From contig CAKUXX010000006.1 in NCBI GenBank assembly GCA_934702355.1, forward strand, positions 73,776 to 137,775: a DNA stretch of 64,000 bases, in the 5' to 3' direction. The position numbers and the translations under genes are program-made. How positions within the stretch are numbered: the stretch's first letter is position 1; each line of letters begins with the position of its first letter. Shown here in pieces: positions 18,488-27,635 of this stretch. A model generated the notes under the pieces. It had not been told where the DNA came from, ran no database searches, and worked only from the letters and a program-made list of their open reading frames with translations. Source of the stretch: an uncultured Methanomassiliicoccales archaeon. GTDB lineage: Archaea > Thermoplasmatota > Thermoplasmata > Methanomassiliicoccales > Methanomethylophilaceae.

Positions 18488-18888
18488 ATATCTTTATCCT
18501 AAGTTGGATGGGTCGCAGAGCCATTCGCCCATCTTGGAATACACTTGAGTAGTTGAATCATGTTTGGAAGAGGTTTCCTTCATGCATTTCGCTCCGATGA
18601 TGACTTGAGTACGTCAGCATCCTTTCGGATTACCCATAGGGCTATCCTGGGCATTGCCCCAGGCATTCGCTTCTTACTCTTTCCTACACCCTCTGGGCCG
18701 TTTCTGCTCCTCACGGAGCCGATACCGCTTCGCGGAGTCCATAGGGGTTATCCTGTCCACTTTCGAGGAGGATCGGGCGGTTTAGGTGCCGTCTTTGACC
18801 CGGGATTATCCATCTGTCCGCCGTTCAGCTCTCCAGCTTCACGGCCTGAATCCGTACATCCGGCAGTCCCGGTCCAGGATCAGATATC
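18488..18888 (-). ncRNA. rnpB: Probable RNase P RNA (archaeal type A-like)
   Basis: No credible ORF in about 400 nt. On the minus strand the termini pair (GATATCTGATCCT with AGGATAAAGATAT). CGAAAGTGGAC and ATCCAACTT form a P4-like pairing. GGAGCAGAAACGGCC, GGGTGTAGGAAAGAGTAAGAAGCG and CAAGATGGGCGAATGGCTCTGCGAC resemble the conserved CR blocks. Boundaries are approximate. Confidence 0.5.
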
Positions 18889-18918
18889 GAAAAAGGAGAG
18901 AAGGGCCCCGGAGGGCCC
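18889..18918 (-). terminator. Hairpin plus T5 run after dapL
   Basis: GGGCCC-TCCG-GGGCCC followed by TTCTCTCCTTTTTC on the minus strand, 13 nt after the dapL stop. Confidence 0.5.
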
Positions 18919-18930
18919 AAGATAAAAGTT

Positions 18931-20094
18931 TCACTCGTAGGAGCCGCGGGCCATCCTCTCGAGGGCTATCTTGATCCTCTCGACAGGTTCGGTCACGGTC
19001 ATCCTGATGTATCCGTCGGCGCTCTCGCCGAATCCGGAGCCGGGTGTGACGATGACACCGAGGTCCACCATCTTCTGCGTAAATTCAGCGGAGGACTCTC
19101 CGCAGTCGAACCACACGTAGAAGGTTCCCTTGGGCATGTCCACCTTGTATCCGAGCTTGCGGAGTCCCTCGACGAGGACCTTCCTCCTCTCGGCGTAGAT
19201 GGCCATGTTATCGGAGATCTCCTTCGGGGTCTTGCCGTCGTCTCCGTAGAGCTCCAGCGCCCTGATCCCCGCCTTCTGGATGAAGATGGGTGCTCCGGAG
19301 TCGATCTGTCCCTTGCACTTGGCGAGTCCGGCGACGAGGTCGGGGTGTCCGACGGCGAATCCGAGCCTGAACCCGGTCATGTTGAACGTCTTGGAGAAGG
19401 ATCCGAACTCTATGCAGTTCGGGCCCGCCTCAAGCGCCGAGGGCGCCTTGTAGCCATCGTAGCACATCTCGGAGTATGCGGCATCGAAGCACAGGATGGT
19501 GTTGTTCTCCTGACACCAGGCGTAGACCTTCTTCAGGTAGTCCAGGTCGCATGTGGCCCCCGTGGGGTTGTTGGGGTAGTTCAGGTACAGCATCCTGGTG
19601 TTCTTGGGGCACTCGTCCAGGTCCAGGAGCCAGTTGTTCTCGGCCCTCAGGGGGATCTTGACGCAGTTGGCCTCGTTGAAGAGGGTGGCGGCTCCGGAGT
19701 ACACGGGGTATCCGGGGGAGGGCGCGATGATCGTCTCGCCCTCGTTCACGAAGGCCTGGGCGATGTTGAAGATACCCTCTTTCGATCCGATGGTGATGCA
19801 CACCTGGGTGTCGGGGTCGATGTCCAGTCCGTACCTCTTCTTGTACCATGCGGCGACGGCGCACCTGAGGTCCCTCTCGCCCTTGGACGAGGAGTACTTC
19901 TGGTTGTTGTTGATCTTCGCCTCCCTGCACATCTCCTCGACGATGCAGTCGGGGCAGGGGAGGTCGGGGTCTCCGATCCCGAAGTCTATCATGTCCCACC
20001 CGGCGGCCCTCTTCTCTGCGGAGAGCTGCTCCAGCCTGACGAACAGGTAGGGCGGGATCTTCTGAAGTCTTTCAGCTTGCTCGAAAGTTGTCAT
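18931..20094 (-). CDS. dapL: LL-diaminopimelate aminotransferase (class I aminotransferase, DapL-like)
   Basis: IPPYLFVRLEQL..IDFGIGDPDLPCP, NYPNNPTG and SFSKTFNMTGFRLG (PLP Lys). Sits directly downstream of dapF/lysA. Confidence 0.8.
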   Translation of the reverse strand: MTTFEQAERLQKIPPYLFVRLEQLSAEKRAAGWDMIDFGIGDPDLPCPDCIVEEMCREAKINNNQKYSSSKGERDLRCAVAAWYKKRYGLDIDPDTQVCITIGSKEGIFNIAQAFVNEGETIIAPSPGYPVYSGAATLFNEANCVKIPLRAENNWLLDLDECPKNTRMLYLNYPNNPTGATCDLDYLKKVYAWCQENNTILCFDAAYSEMCYDGYKAPSALEAGPNCIEFGSFSKTFNMTGFRLGFAVGHPDLVAGLAKCKGQIDSGAPIFIQKAGIRALELYGDDGKTPKEISDNMAIYAERRKVLVEGLRKLGYKVDMPKGTFYVWFDCGESSAEFTQKMVDLGVIVTPGSGFGESADGYIRMTVTEPVERIKIALERMARGSYE

Positions 20095-20100
20095 ATGTAT

Positions 20101-20928
20101 TCACTCCGTTTCGCCCTGGAAGACCAGCTTTGCGGGTCCTTCCATGAGCACGTATCTGAGGTCCTTGTCGACCGTGATCCTGAGCCATCCGCCGGGAAGG
20201 TGGACGTCGATGGGTTTGTCGAACGGAACGAGTCCGTTCAGTGCAGCGGCTGTCGTGCTGGCGCATGCGCCGGTGCCGCAGGCGAGGGTCCACGCTGCTC
20301 CGCGCTCGTAGACGCGTATCAGTATTCTCCCGTCCTCGACCCTGCAGAACTCCACGTTGGTCTTGCGGGGGAAGAAGCTGTGCTTCTCGAGTATGGGTCC
20401 GAGTCTGTCTATGGTGGCGTCGTCCATCTCGGTGAACGTGATGAAATGGGGGTTGCCCATGGAGACCGCGTTGGCCCTGAAGCTCACGCCGTCCGCCTCG
20501 AACGGCTGGTCTATGAACCTTCCGTCATGGTCTATGGGGACCTGCCTTCCGTCCAGGATGGGAGCTCCCATGTTGATCGTGACGGTGAACACCTCTCCGT
20601 CGAGGACCGTGACCGTGGCCTCCAGATCGCCGGCCATGGTGTGTACCGTGAACTTCTCCTTGTCCACGATGCCGTTGTCGTAGGCGTACTTGGCGACGCA
20701 TCTGATGCCGTTGCCGCACATCTCCGCTTCGGATCCGTCGGCGTTGATGATCCTCATGGTTATGTCGGTGCCCTCGCCCGGAAGGACGTACAGGACCCCG
20801 TCGGCGCCGATTCCGAAGTGGCGGTCGCAGGCGCGTGCGCACCATACCGGGTCGGGCTCCATCATCCCGTCCGTGCCGTCCAGGAGGATGAAGTCGTTTC
20901 CGATGCCCTGGTATTTCCAGAATCTCAT
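20101..20928 (-). CDS. dapF: Diaminopimelate epimerase
   Basis: MRFWKYQGIGNDFILLD, EMCGNGIRC, ACGTGACA. The ATG overlaps the lysA stop (TGATG). Confidence 0.93.
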   Translation of the reverse strand: MRFWKYQGIGNDFILLDGTDGMMEPDPVWCARACDRHFGIGADGVLYVLPGEGTDITMRIINADGSEAEMCGNGIRCVAKYAYDNGIVDKEKFTVHTMAGDLEATVTVLDGEVFTVTINMGAPILDGRQVPIDHDGRFIDQPFEADGVSFRANAVSMGNPHFITFTEMDDATIDRLGPILEKHSFFPRKTNVEFCRVEDGRILIRVYERGAAWTLACGTGACASTTAAALNGLVPFDKPIDVHLPGGWLRITVDKDLRYVLMEGPAKLVFQGETE

Positions 20929-22184
20929 CACTGCAGCCTCTCGGGGATGATCTGATGCCTCCACATCTCCTCGATCGTCTCGCGCTCGCGGATGAGGTCG
21001 GCCTTTCCGTCGTTGACCAGGACCTCTGCGCAGAGGGGTCTGGAGTTGTAGTTGCTGGACATGGAGAATCCGTATGCGCCGGCGTTGTAGACGGCGATGA
21101 TGTCCCCTTCCTTGGGGTCGGGCAGGACCCTGTCGTGGGCCAGGTAGTCGCCTGACTCGCAGATGGGACCGACGACGTCGTACTTGTCCGTGCAGGCCTT
21201 GCCGAACTTGTTGGCCACTGCCACATAGTGATACGAATCGTACATGGCGGGCCTGATGAGCGTGTTGAATCCCGCGTCGCATCCGACGTACTTCTTGGTG
21301 CCGGCGTCCTTCACGTCGTTGACCCTGGTGAGCAGGACGGTGCTGTCGCAGATGATGTACCTTCCGGGCTCCAGGATGAGGGTCTTGATGTCGGTCTCCT
21401 CCTGGATCATGTCGGTGAGGTTCATGGCCAGCTCGTTGACGTCCATCTCATCCTCCTGGGGCTTGTACGGGACGCCGATGCCGCCTCCCATGTCGATGAA
21501 GTCCAGGTCGATGCCTATGCCCTTGATCTCGTTGACGAGCTCGATGAGGACCTCCATCATGTCCATGAAGGGCTCGACGCTCTGTCCGCCGGATCCGATG
21601 TGGGCGTGGATTCCCCTGATGTTGAATCCCAGGTCCTTTGCCCTGGCGTATGTGTTGATGACCTCGTCCAGGGGGATTCCGAACTTGGCTCCCTTGGAAC
21701 CGGTGATGACCTTCGCGCTGTGTCCGGAGCCGACCCCGGGGGTGATCCTGAACGATACGTCGGAGCACGGGGCGATCTCGGCGAGCCTCTCCATCTCGGA
21801 GATGGAATCGAGGTTGATCATAACTCCCAGGTCGGACACGGCCTTGAGCTCCTCGTTGCTCACGTTCACGCCGGTGTACATGATCCTGTCCGGGGTGTAA
21901 CCGGCCTTCAGACAGGTCATGACCTCTCCGATGGACACTGCATCGATCCCGGAGCCTTCCTGCTCCAGGACCTTGAGGATCGCCATGTTGGTGTTCGCCT
22001 TGCAGGCGTAGTGGATCTTGGTGTCCATGTACCTGGAGAACGCTCCGTAGATGTTCCTGTAGTTCTCCCTGAGCCTCTGCTCATCGGTGACATAGACGGG
22101 TGTGCCGAACTCGTCGGCGATCTCCACGGCGGACTTCCCGCCTATGATCATGACACCGTCCCTGCCTTCGAATTCCCTCATCAT
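20928..22184 (-). CDS. lysA: Diaminopimelate decarboxylase
   Basis: 418 aa: YACKAN (PLP Lys region), HIGSG, GGGIGVPY, CESGD. Confidence 0.95.
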   Translation of the reverse strand: MMREFEGRDGVMIIGGKSAVEIADEFGTPVYVTDEQRLRENYRNIYGAFSRYMDTKIHYACKANTNMAILKVLEQEGSGIDAVSIGEVMTCLKAGYTPDRIMYTGVNVSNEELKAVSDLGVMINLDSISEMERLAEIAPCSDVSFRITPGVGSGHSAKVITGSKGAKFGIPLDEVINTYARAKDLGFNIRGIHAHIGSGGQSVEPFMDMMEVLIELVNEIKGIGIDLDFIDMGGGIGVPYKPQEDEMDVNELAMNLTDMIQEETDIKTLILEPGRYIICDSTVLLTRVNDVKDAGTKKYVGCDAGFNTLIRPAMYDSYHYVAVANKFGKACTDKYDVVGPICESGDYLAHDRVLPDPKEGDIIAVYNAGAYGFSMSSNYNSRPLCAEVLVNDGKADLIRERETIEEMWRHQIIPERLQ

Positions 22185-23536
22185 TGTGCATCACCTATGT
22201 ACTTGTCATGGAGGATCTTCACCACGTCGATGACCTTGTTCATCGGGACGACGAAGTTCAGGGAGACATCGGATGCTCCCTCGGAGATCATCTCCACGTT
22301 GGCTTCGGCATCCTTCACGGCGGAGAATATGTCGCCGGAGACCCCGCACTTGTCCAGCAGGTTGTCGCCGACGGCGCATATGAGCGCGACGTTGTTCTTC
22401 ACGTCGATCCTCTCGATGTCGCCTCCGCTGAGGCCGTTGAGCTGCTTGAGCGTGATCTTTACATCGTTGTTGTGGACGAGGAACGCCACTGTGGACAGGG
22501 ATGTGGAGATGGAATAGATTATGACGTTGATCTCCGCGATCTTCTCGATGATCCTGGCGACCATCGCGGGCCTGTAGGCTATCTCGGCGGAGCTGATCGT
22601 GATGATGGACAGATCCGTCTTCGCGGCCACGGACCTGAGGAGTTCGTTCTTGGACTTCCTGAGGTGGTGGATCAGCGTTCCGGGCTCTTCCGGCTTGAAG
22701 GAGTTCTTGACCCTCAGCGGGATGTGCTTGAGCCTGACGGGCTCGATGGTCCTGGGGTGAAGGACCTTGGCTCCGAAGTATGCGAGCTCCGCCGCCTCTC
22801 CGAAGTTCATCTCGTCGATCTTCACGGCGTTCGGGATGATCCTGGGGTCGGCGGACATGAATCCGTCCACATCGGTCCAGATCTCCAGCATGTCGGCGTC
22901 GATCGCATTGGCGACGACCGCTGCGGAGTAGTCGGATCCTCCTCTGCCGAATGTGAGGGGCCTTCCCTGGCCGTCGATGCCGTAGAATCCGGTGACTATG
23001 GGGATTATGCCCATGGAGAGCAGGGGCTTGACCTTCATGGTCATGCCCGATGCGGTCTTCAGCAGGTCTGCGGAGCCGCTCATGGGCTGTCCGGCTGCTA
23101 TGATGCCGGCGTCCTCGGATGTCAGGGCGACGGACTTGTAGCCCTTGGACTTCAGGACGCAGGAGAGGATCAGCGAGGAGAACCTCTCTCCCTGGGACAC
23201 GACGGCGTCGCCGTAGAACGGGCTGTCCCTGTCCGCGCTGATGGCGGACCTGAGGCCGTTCAACCTCTTCTCGAACTCCGTGCGGAACTCCTCCAGGAAC
23301 TCCCCTTCGAGGAGCTGCTCCGCAGTGGACATGTGCTTGTTGGCGAACTGCTCCAGCACCGTCTCGACGTCCGTCTGCGGGTTGTCCACGACGTTCACCA
23401 GGTAGTTGGTGATCCCCGACATAGCCGAAACGACGACTACCTTCTCGCCTTCCTTCTCGGCGATGATGTTCGATACCCTGTTCAGAGCCTCGGCGGATCC
23501 AACGCTGGTACCGCCGAACTTCATTACTGTGATCAT
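22181..23536 (-). CDS. lysC: Aspartate kinase
   Basis: VMKFGGTSVG N-terminus, GRGGSDYSA, C-terminal ACT repeats. ATGA overlap with lysA. Confidence 0.93.
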   Translation of the reverse strand: MITVMKFGGTSVGSAEALNRVSNIIAEKEGEKVVVVSAMSGITNYLVNVVDNPQTDVETVLEQFANKHMSTAEQLLEGEFLEEFRTEFEKRLNGLRSAISADRDSPFYGDAVVSQGERFSSLILSCVLKSKGYKSVALTSEDAGIIAAGQPMSGSADLLKTASGMTMKVKPLLSMGIIPIVTGFYGIDGQGRPLTFGRGGSDYSAAVVANAIDADMLEIWTDVDGFMSADPRIIPNAVKIDEMNFGEAAELAYFGAKVLHPRTIEPVRLKHIPLRVKNSFKPEEPGTLIHHLRKSKNELLRSVAAKTDLSIITISSAEIAYRPAMVARIIEKIAEINVIIYSISTSLSTVAFLVHNNDVKITLKQLNGLSGGDIERIDVKNNVALICAVGDNLLDKCGVSGDIFSAVKDAEANVEMISEGASDVSLNFVVPMNKVIDVVKILHDKYIGDAQ

Positions 23537-23611
23537 TGTCTGAGCACCTCTAGATGATATGCGCCCCGCTCATGCGGACGGCGCGATGAGTTTCACTTTG
23601 TTTTCTCCCTT

Positions 23612-24484
23612 TCACTCGATCCCGAGTTCGTCGAGGACCGGGTCCAGGACTGCCTTTCCCTTGTCGGACAGAGGTGTCAGCGGGAGCCTGGGGCTTCCGT
23701 TGCCGTATCCCATCCTTCCCATGGCGTACTTGATCGGTATGGGGTTGGATTCGCAGAACAGCGCTCCGAAGAGCGGGAGGAGCTTGGCGTGTATGCCCTT
23801 TGCATTCTCGAAGTCCTTCGAGAGTGCGTCCTTCACCATCTCGGACATGAGTCCGGGGCAGCAGTTGGACGCTACGGATATCACACCGTCGGCGCCCACG
23901 GACATGAGTGCGAGCGTCATGCCGTCGTCGCCGCTGAGGACGGAGAAGCCCTTGGGACGGCGGGCGATGATGTTCTGGATCTGGGCCACGTTTCCGCTGG
24001 CCTCCTTGACCCCGGCGATGCCCTCGAGCTCCGCCAGGCGGAGCGTGGTCTCGGCGGTTATGTTGGAACCTGTCCTTCCGGGGACGTTGTAGACTATGAT
24101 CGGGATGTCGACGGCCTCTTCGATGGACCTGTAATGCTGATAGATCCCTTCCTGGGTCGGTTTGACATAATAGGGGGATATGGAGAGGAGTCCGTCCGCT
24201 CCGAGGTCCTGGGCGTCCTTGCTCAGGATGATGGCCTCGGCAGTGCAGTTGCTTCCGGCGCCGGCGATGACCTTGGCCTTCCGGGCCTCGTCGACGACGA
24301 TCTCTATGACCTTCAGATGCTCGTTGTGGTTCAGCATGGCGGACTCGCCGGTGGAGCCGCAGGGTATGAGCATGTCCACTCCGTTGTCCTCCTGGAACCT
24401 GACAAGCCTCCTGAGTGCCTCCTCATCCACAGACCCGTCCTTCTTGAACGGGGTTATCAACGCAGTACCGATTCCTGTAAACAT
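23612..24484 (-). CDS. dapA: 4-hydroxy-tetrahydrodipicolinate synthase
   Basis: GIGTALITPF.., PCGSTGE, YNVPGRTG, and KEASG with the Schiff-base Lys. Confidence 0.95.
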   Translation of the reverse strand: MFTGIGTALITPFKKDGSVDEEALRRLVRFQEDNGVDMLIPCGSTGESAMLNHNEHLKVIEIVVDEARKAKVIAGAGSNCTAEAIILSKDAQDLGADGLLSISPYYVKPTQEGIYQHYRSIEEAVDIPIIVYNVPGRTGSNITAETTLRLAELEGIAGVKEASGNVAQIQNIIARRPKGFSVLSGDDGMTLALMSVGADGVISVASNCCPGLMSEMVKDALSKDFENAKGIHAKLLPLFGALFCESNPIPIKYAMGRMGYGNGSPRLPLTPLSDKGKAVLDPVLDELGIE

Positions 24485-24487
24485 ATC

Positions 24488-24907
24488 TCACGCCTCCCCG
24501 AAATGCTCCTTCAATATCAGGCGGGTCCTCGTGCTGAGGATGTTGTCATAGCGCCTGACCCTTTCTATGATGTCGTTGAGGTGCTGCGAGGATTCGACGT
24601 CGACGATCGCGATTATGTCCTGGTCACCGGTGACCTCGAATACCTCGGTCACTCCGGCGTATCCGGCCAGTTCCTTCGCGATGTCCTGTGTGTCGGTGTT
24701 CACATCGATACGGATCTCCACAAGGGCCTTGACGTTCCTGGAACTCGTCTTGATCGTGAATCCGCGGATTATACCCTCTTCGGTCATCCTGTGGACCCTG
24801 CTGCGGACGGTTCCCTCCGAAACGCCGAGTTGATTGGCAATCTCGACGAAAGGGCGTCTTGAATCCTTCTTCATTATCTCGATGATCCTCTTGTCAAGGT
24901 CGTCCAT
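24488..24907 (-). CDS. lrp: Lrp/AsnC family transcriptional regulator
   Basis: LDKRIIEIMKKDSRRPFVEIANQLGVSEGTVRSRVHRM HTH plus a RAM domain. First gene of the lysine operon; GGAGGT lies 8 nt before the ATG. Confidence 0.9.
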   Translation of the reverse strand: MDDLDKRIIEIMKKDSRRPFVEIANQLGVSEGTVRSRVHRMTEEGIIRGFTIKTSSRNVKALVEIRIDVNTDTQDIAKELAGYAGVTEVFEVTGDQDIIAIVDVESSQHLNDIIERVRRYDNILSTRTRLILKEHFGEA

Positions 24908-24957
24908 ATTTAAACCTCCGGCACCTCTTCGGCTATACTCCCGAGCATTCTGATTTT

Positions 24958-25056
24958 ATTATATAAACTGTAGGAATCCGCAGAATCAGGGCGGATTCCA
25001 TAGTATTCGTAGTAAAATGTTTGGAAAAGGTTTTTTCAATCTGCGGAATCCGCAGA
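24958..25056 (-). promoter_or_regulatory. Promoter region of the lrp-lysine operon with repeated palindromic elements
   Basis: TATA-like TTTATATAAT (minus strand, plus-strand coordinates 24958-24967). Inverted repeat GGAATCCGC(24973-24981)/GCGGATTCC(24991-24999). Perfect palindrome TCTGCGGA-A-TCCGCAGA (25040-25056). The 12-mer GGAATCCGCAGA occurs twice. Confidence 0.4.
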
Positions 25057-25061
25057 TATGT

Positions 25062-26678
25062 TCATTCAACGGGCGTTTCGTCGTCTTCGCGCTTCTTCCC
25101 GTCGCACGAACTGAGGATGTCGATCTGCAGCCTGTTGTACGGGATCTCGATGTTGTTGTCGAGGAAGAGCTTGTAGATGATCTCCCTGATCTGTCCGGCA
25201 TAGTGGCTGCTGTTGTCGTAATCGTCGACGAAGCATGCGAGCCTGTACTCGATGCCGGAGTCCAGGAACTTGGTGAGCCTGGTGGAGGGCATGAGCACGG
25301 TGCCGTCCTTGACGACGTGGGGGTGCATCAGAGCGCCTTTGACCATGAGCTCCTTGGCCTTGCTGAGGTCTGCATCGTATGCCACATCCATGTAGATGAA
25401 GATCCTGGTGTTCTTGTCGTTCTTGGTGTAGTTGACCAGCGTGGCCGCGGTCACGGCGTTGTTGGGCATGGTGACGATCTGGTCGCCGTCCCAGTTCTCG
25501 AACTCGGTGTACATCAGGCGGACGTGGCGGACCTTGTATGTGGTGCCGCCGATGTTCACGAAATCGTCCTTCTTGAACGGCCTGGTCGCCAGCAGGACTA
25601 TGCCGCTGAAGAACTGGCTGATGACCTGCTGGGCTCCGAATGTGATCCCCAGTGTGATGACTCCCGCACTGACCATTATTCCGGCGAGGTCCACTCCGTA
25701 CGCCGCGAGGATGATGGTGGCACCGACCACGCATATCACGAGCTTCCCGATCATCTTGAAGAGCGGGAGCAGGGAGGAATCGACGCCGTCCACATCGACG
25801 GTCTCGTCCAGACCCTTCAGCACCGTGCTGATTATGAAGATGTACACCTGCCAGGCGATCGCCGCTCCGATTATCACATAGAGGACGAGGGACATGTTGG
25901 ACACCGCGCTCATGACCTCCGAGTTGGCGCCCACGATGGCAAGGCACTCGTTGGCCGCGACCACGAACATGAGCAGGGAGATCATCTTGGTGAGCTTGTG
26001 TGTGAGTTCCTTCTTCTCGTCCTTGCTCTTCTTGAATTTGACGATCCCTGCGAAGAGCGGGATGACGATTTCGCAGACGATGATCGTCGCGACGATCCAC
26101 AGGATGAGGGTGATGGCCGAGGTTACCCACTCGTTGTTGAACGGGTGAGGGAGGGTGTTGGGGATTATCCCGAAGAACTTGTTGAACGAGTCCGCCGAGC
26201 TGAATATGGATTCGACGTTGATTGTGTACGGGACGAGGATTGTGAACGAGTCCGCGCTTCCGCCGATCGCCGTGAGCTTGAGGACAAGACTGTCCTTCAC
26301 CACTTCGTCATCGGCCATCTTGTCGGCTGTTATGGTGACCGTCAGGGTCGCGATGTCGCGTCCGTTGTCGTCCCCCGAGGGATACAACATGGAGTTCCTG
26401 GCGTTGTTCACGGAGATGTCCCCTTTGACGGAGACGTTCTCGCCGTTCACGGTCGCCATGGTCAGGTCGTAGTACCTGTCGGTGTTGTTCTTCACATACA
26501 GCGTGGTGGTCTTCGACGACCCGCTTTCGATGTCGATCGAGAGGGAGTCGCCTCCGCCTCTGATCGTCACGTCGATGCCGTTCTGGGATATCGCATCCCC
26601 GTCATCGGAAAATGACAGCGGAACGGCAAGGACCATGAGCATCGCTACGAGTGCGAATGCGGCCATCTTGTTGTTCAT
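25062..26678 (-). CDS. Mechanosensitive ion channel (MscS family) with large N-terminal extracellular domain
   Basis: Signal peptide, beta-rich domain and several TM helices, then FFSGIVLLATRPFKKDDFVNIGG..VTMPNN, the MscS core. Confidence 0.85.
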   Translation of the reverse strand: MNNKMAAFALVAMLMVLAVPLSFSDDGDAISQNGIDVTIRGGGDSLSIDIESGSSKTTTLYVKNNTDRYYDLTMATVNGENVSVKGDISVNNARNSMLYPSGDDNGRDIATLTVTITADKMADDEVVKDSLVLKLTAIGGSADSFTILVPYTINVESIFSSADSFNKFFGIIPNTLPHPFNNEWVTSAITLILWIVATIIVCEIVIPLFAGIVKFKKSKDEKKELTHKLTKMISLLMFVVAANECLAIVGANSEVMSAVSNMSLVLYVIIGAAIAWQVYIFIISTVLKGLDETVDVDGVDSSLLPLFKMIGKLVICVVGATIILAAYGVDLAGIMVSAGVITLGITFGAQQVISQFFSGIVLLATRPFKKDDFVNIGGTTYKVRHVRLMYTEFENWDGDQIVTMPNNAVTAATLVNYTKNDKNTRIFIYMDVAYDADLSKAKELMVKGALMHPHVVKDGTVLMPSTRLTKFLDSGIEYRLACFVDDYDNSSHYAGQIREIIYKLFLDNNIEIPYNRLQIDILSSCDGKKREDDETPVE

Positions 26679-26792
26679 GAGTGTGCTACATGGAGGTGGT
26701 ATATAACGTAAATCAGAACTACTGCGTCGGAACGGTTGCGCAGTGTAACAGCAGGGGAATCTTTTATCATCATATCAGAAGCCCTCTGTGAC

Positions 26793-27635
26793 ATGGATCT
26801 GCTCTTTGCCGCATGGATATCGGTGCCATTGGTCGCTCTGTCATCGGCGGCGATCGACGATGTCCGCACCCGTGAGGCCTCTGACGGATATTGGATGGTT
26901 GTGGCCGTGTGGGGGATGGCGGTCTGTCTGCTGTACGATATGGGTCGCGGTAGCATCGTCACCGCATGCTTCGCACTGTTAGCCAAAGCGCTTCTGACGG
27001 TGTGCTTCCTTTCTCCGAAGGTGACGGGGTGGAAGGCAGTACTCGTCATGGCTTCCGCGGGAGCGTCTGCGGCGGTGACATATGCCTCCGATCCGGAAGT
27101 CGGGATGCCCGTGGCCGTCTCTATTACTATAGTAATATTGTATTATGCGATGTACGCGGCAGGGAGGTCGGTCGGCGGTGCCGATGTCAAATGCCTGATG
27201 TCCTTGGCGGTGTGCTTCCCCGTGTATCCGAATGATGCACTGCTGTGGGAATCGCCCGATGCGGTCTCATCGTTGTTACTCTCCCTTTCGTTCTCGATAT
27301 TTGCTATGGCGCTCCTGCTGAGCATGTCATCCGCTGTTGTCACGGCGATTCGGAACATCCGTCGGGGACGCATATGTCCGTCGATGTTCGTCACATTGCG
27401 CATGGATGTGTCTGAGGCACACGGTTCCTTCGTGTGGCCCGTGGAGCGCATCGAAGACGGGGTCAAGATCCGCTGCCCCTCATGCATCGATGATAAGGTG
27501 GATGTCTTGGATGAATTGCGGAATGCCGGTCATCATACCGTGCTGGTGACGCCCATGATCCCGTTCCTTCTGCCGATAGCGGTAGCTGCAGGCATCATTC
27601 TGTTGTTCGGGAATCCGATCTTCGCGTTCATCTGA
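26793..27635 (+). CDS. A24-family prepilin/preflagellin (archaellin) signal peptidase
   Basis: AAIDDVRTREASD (first Asp) and GGADVKCLMSL (GxxDxK second Asp). Polytopic, with a FlaK-like soluble insert. ATG at 26793. Confidence 0.8.
   Translation: MDLLFAAWISVPLVALSSAAIDDVRTREASDGYWMVVAVWGMAVCLLYDMGRGSIVTACFALLAKALLTVCFLSPKVTGWKAVLVMASAGASAAVTYASDPEVGMPVAVSITIVILYYAMYAAGRSVGGADVKCLMSLAVCFPVYPNDALLWESPDAVSSLLLSLSFSIFAMALLLSMSSAVVTAIRNIRRGRICPSMFVTLRMDVSEAHGSFVWPVERIEDGVKIRCPSCIDDKVDVLDELRNAGHHTVLVTPMIPFLLPIAVAAGIILLFGNPIFAFI

Noticed and set aside
18560-18974. ORFs 18560-18925(+) and 18786-18974(+).
   Set aside because: They lie on the structured RNA region and the dapL terminator, have proline/arginine-rich low-complexity translations, and have no RBS.
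23537-23611. Lysine riboswitch between dapA and lysC.
   Set aside because: The spacer is only 75 nt with a single hairpin, far too short for an L-box, and riboswitches of that class are not expected in archaea.
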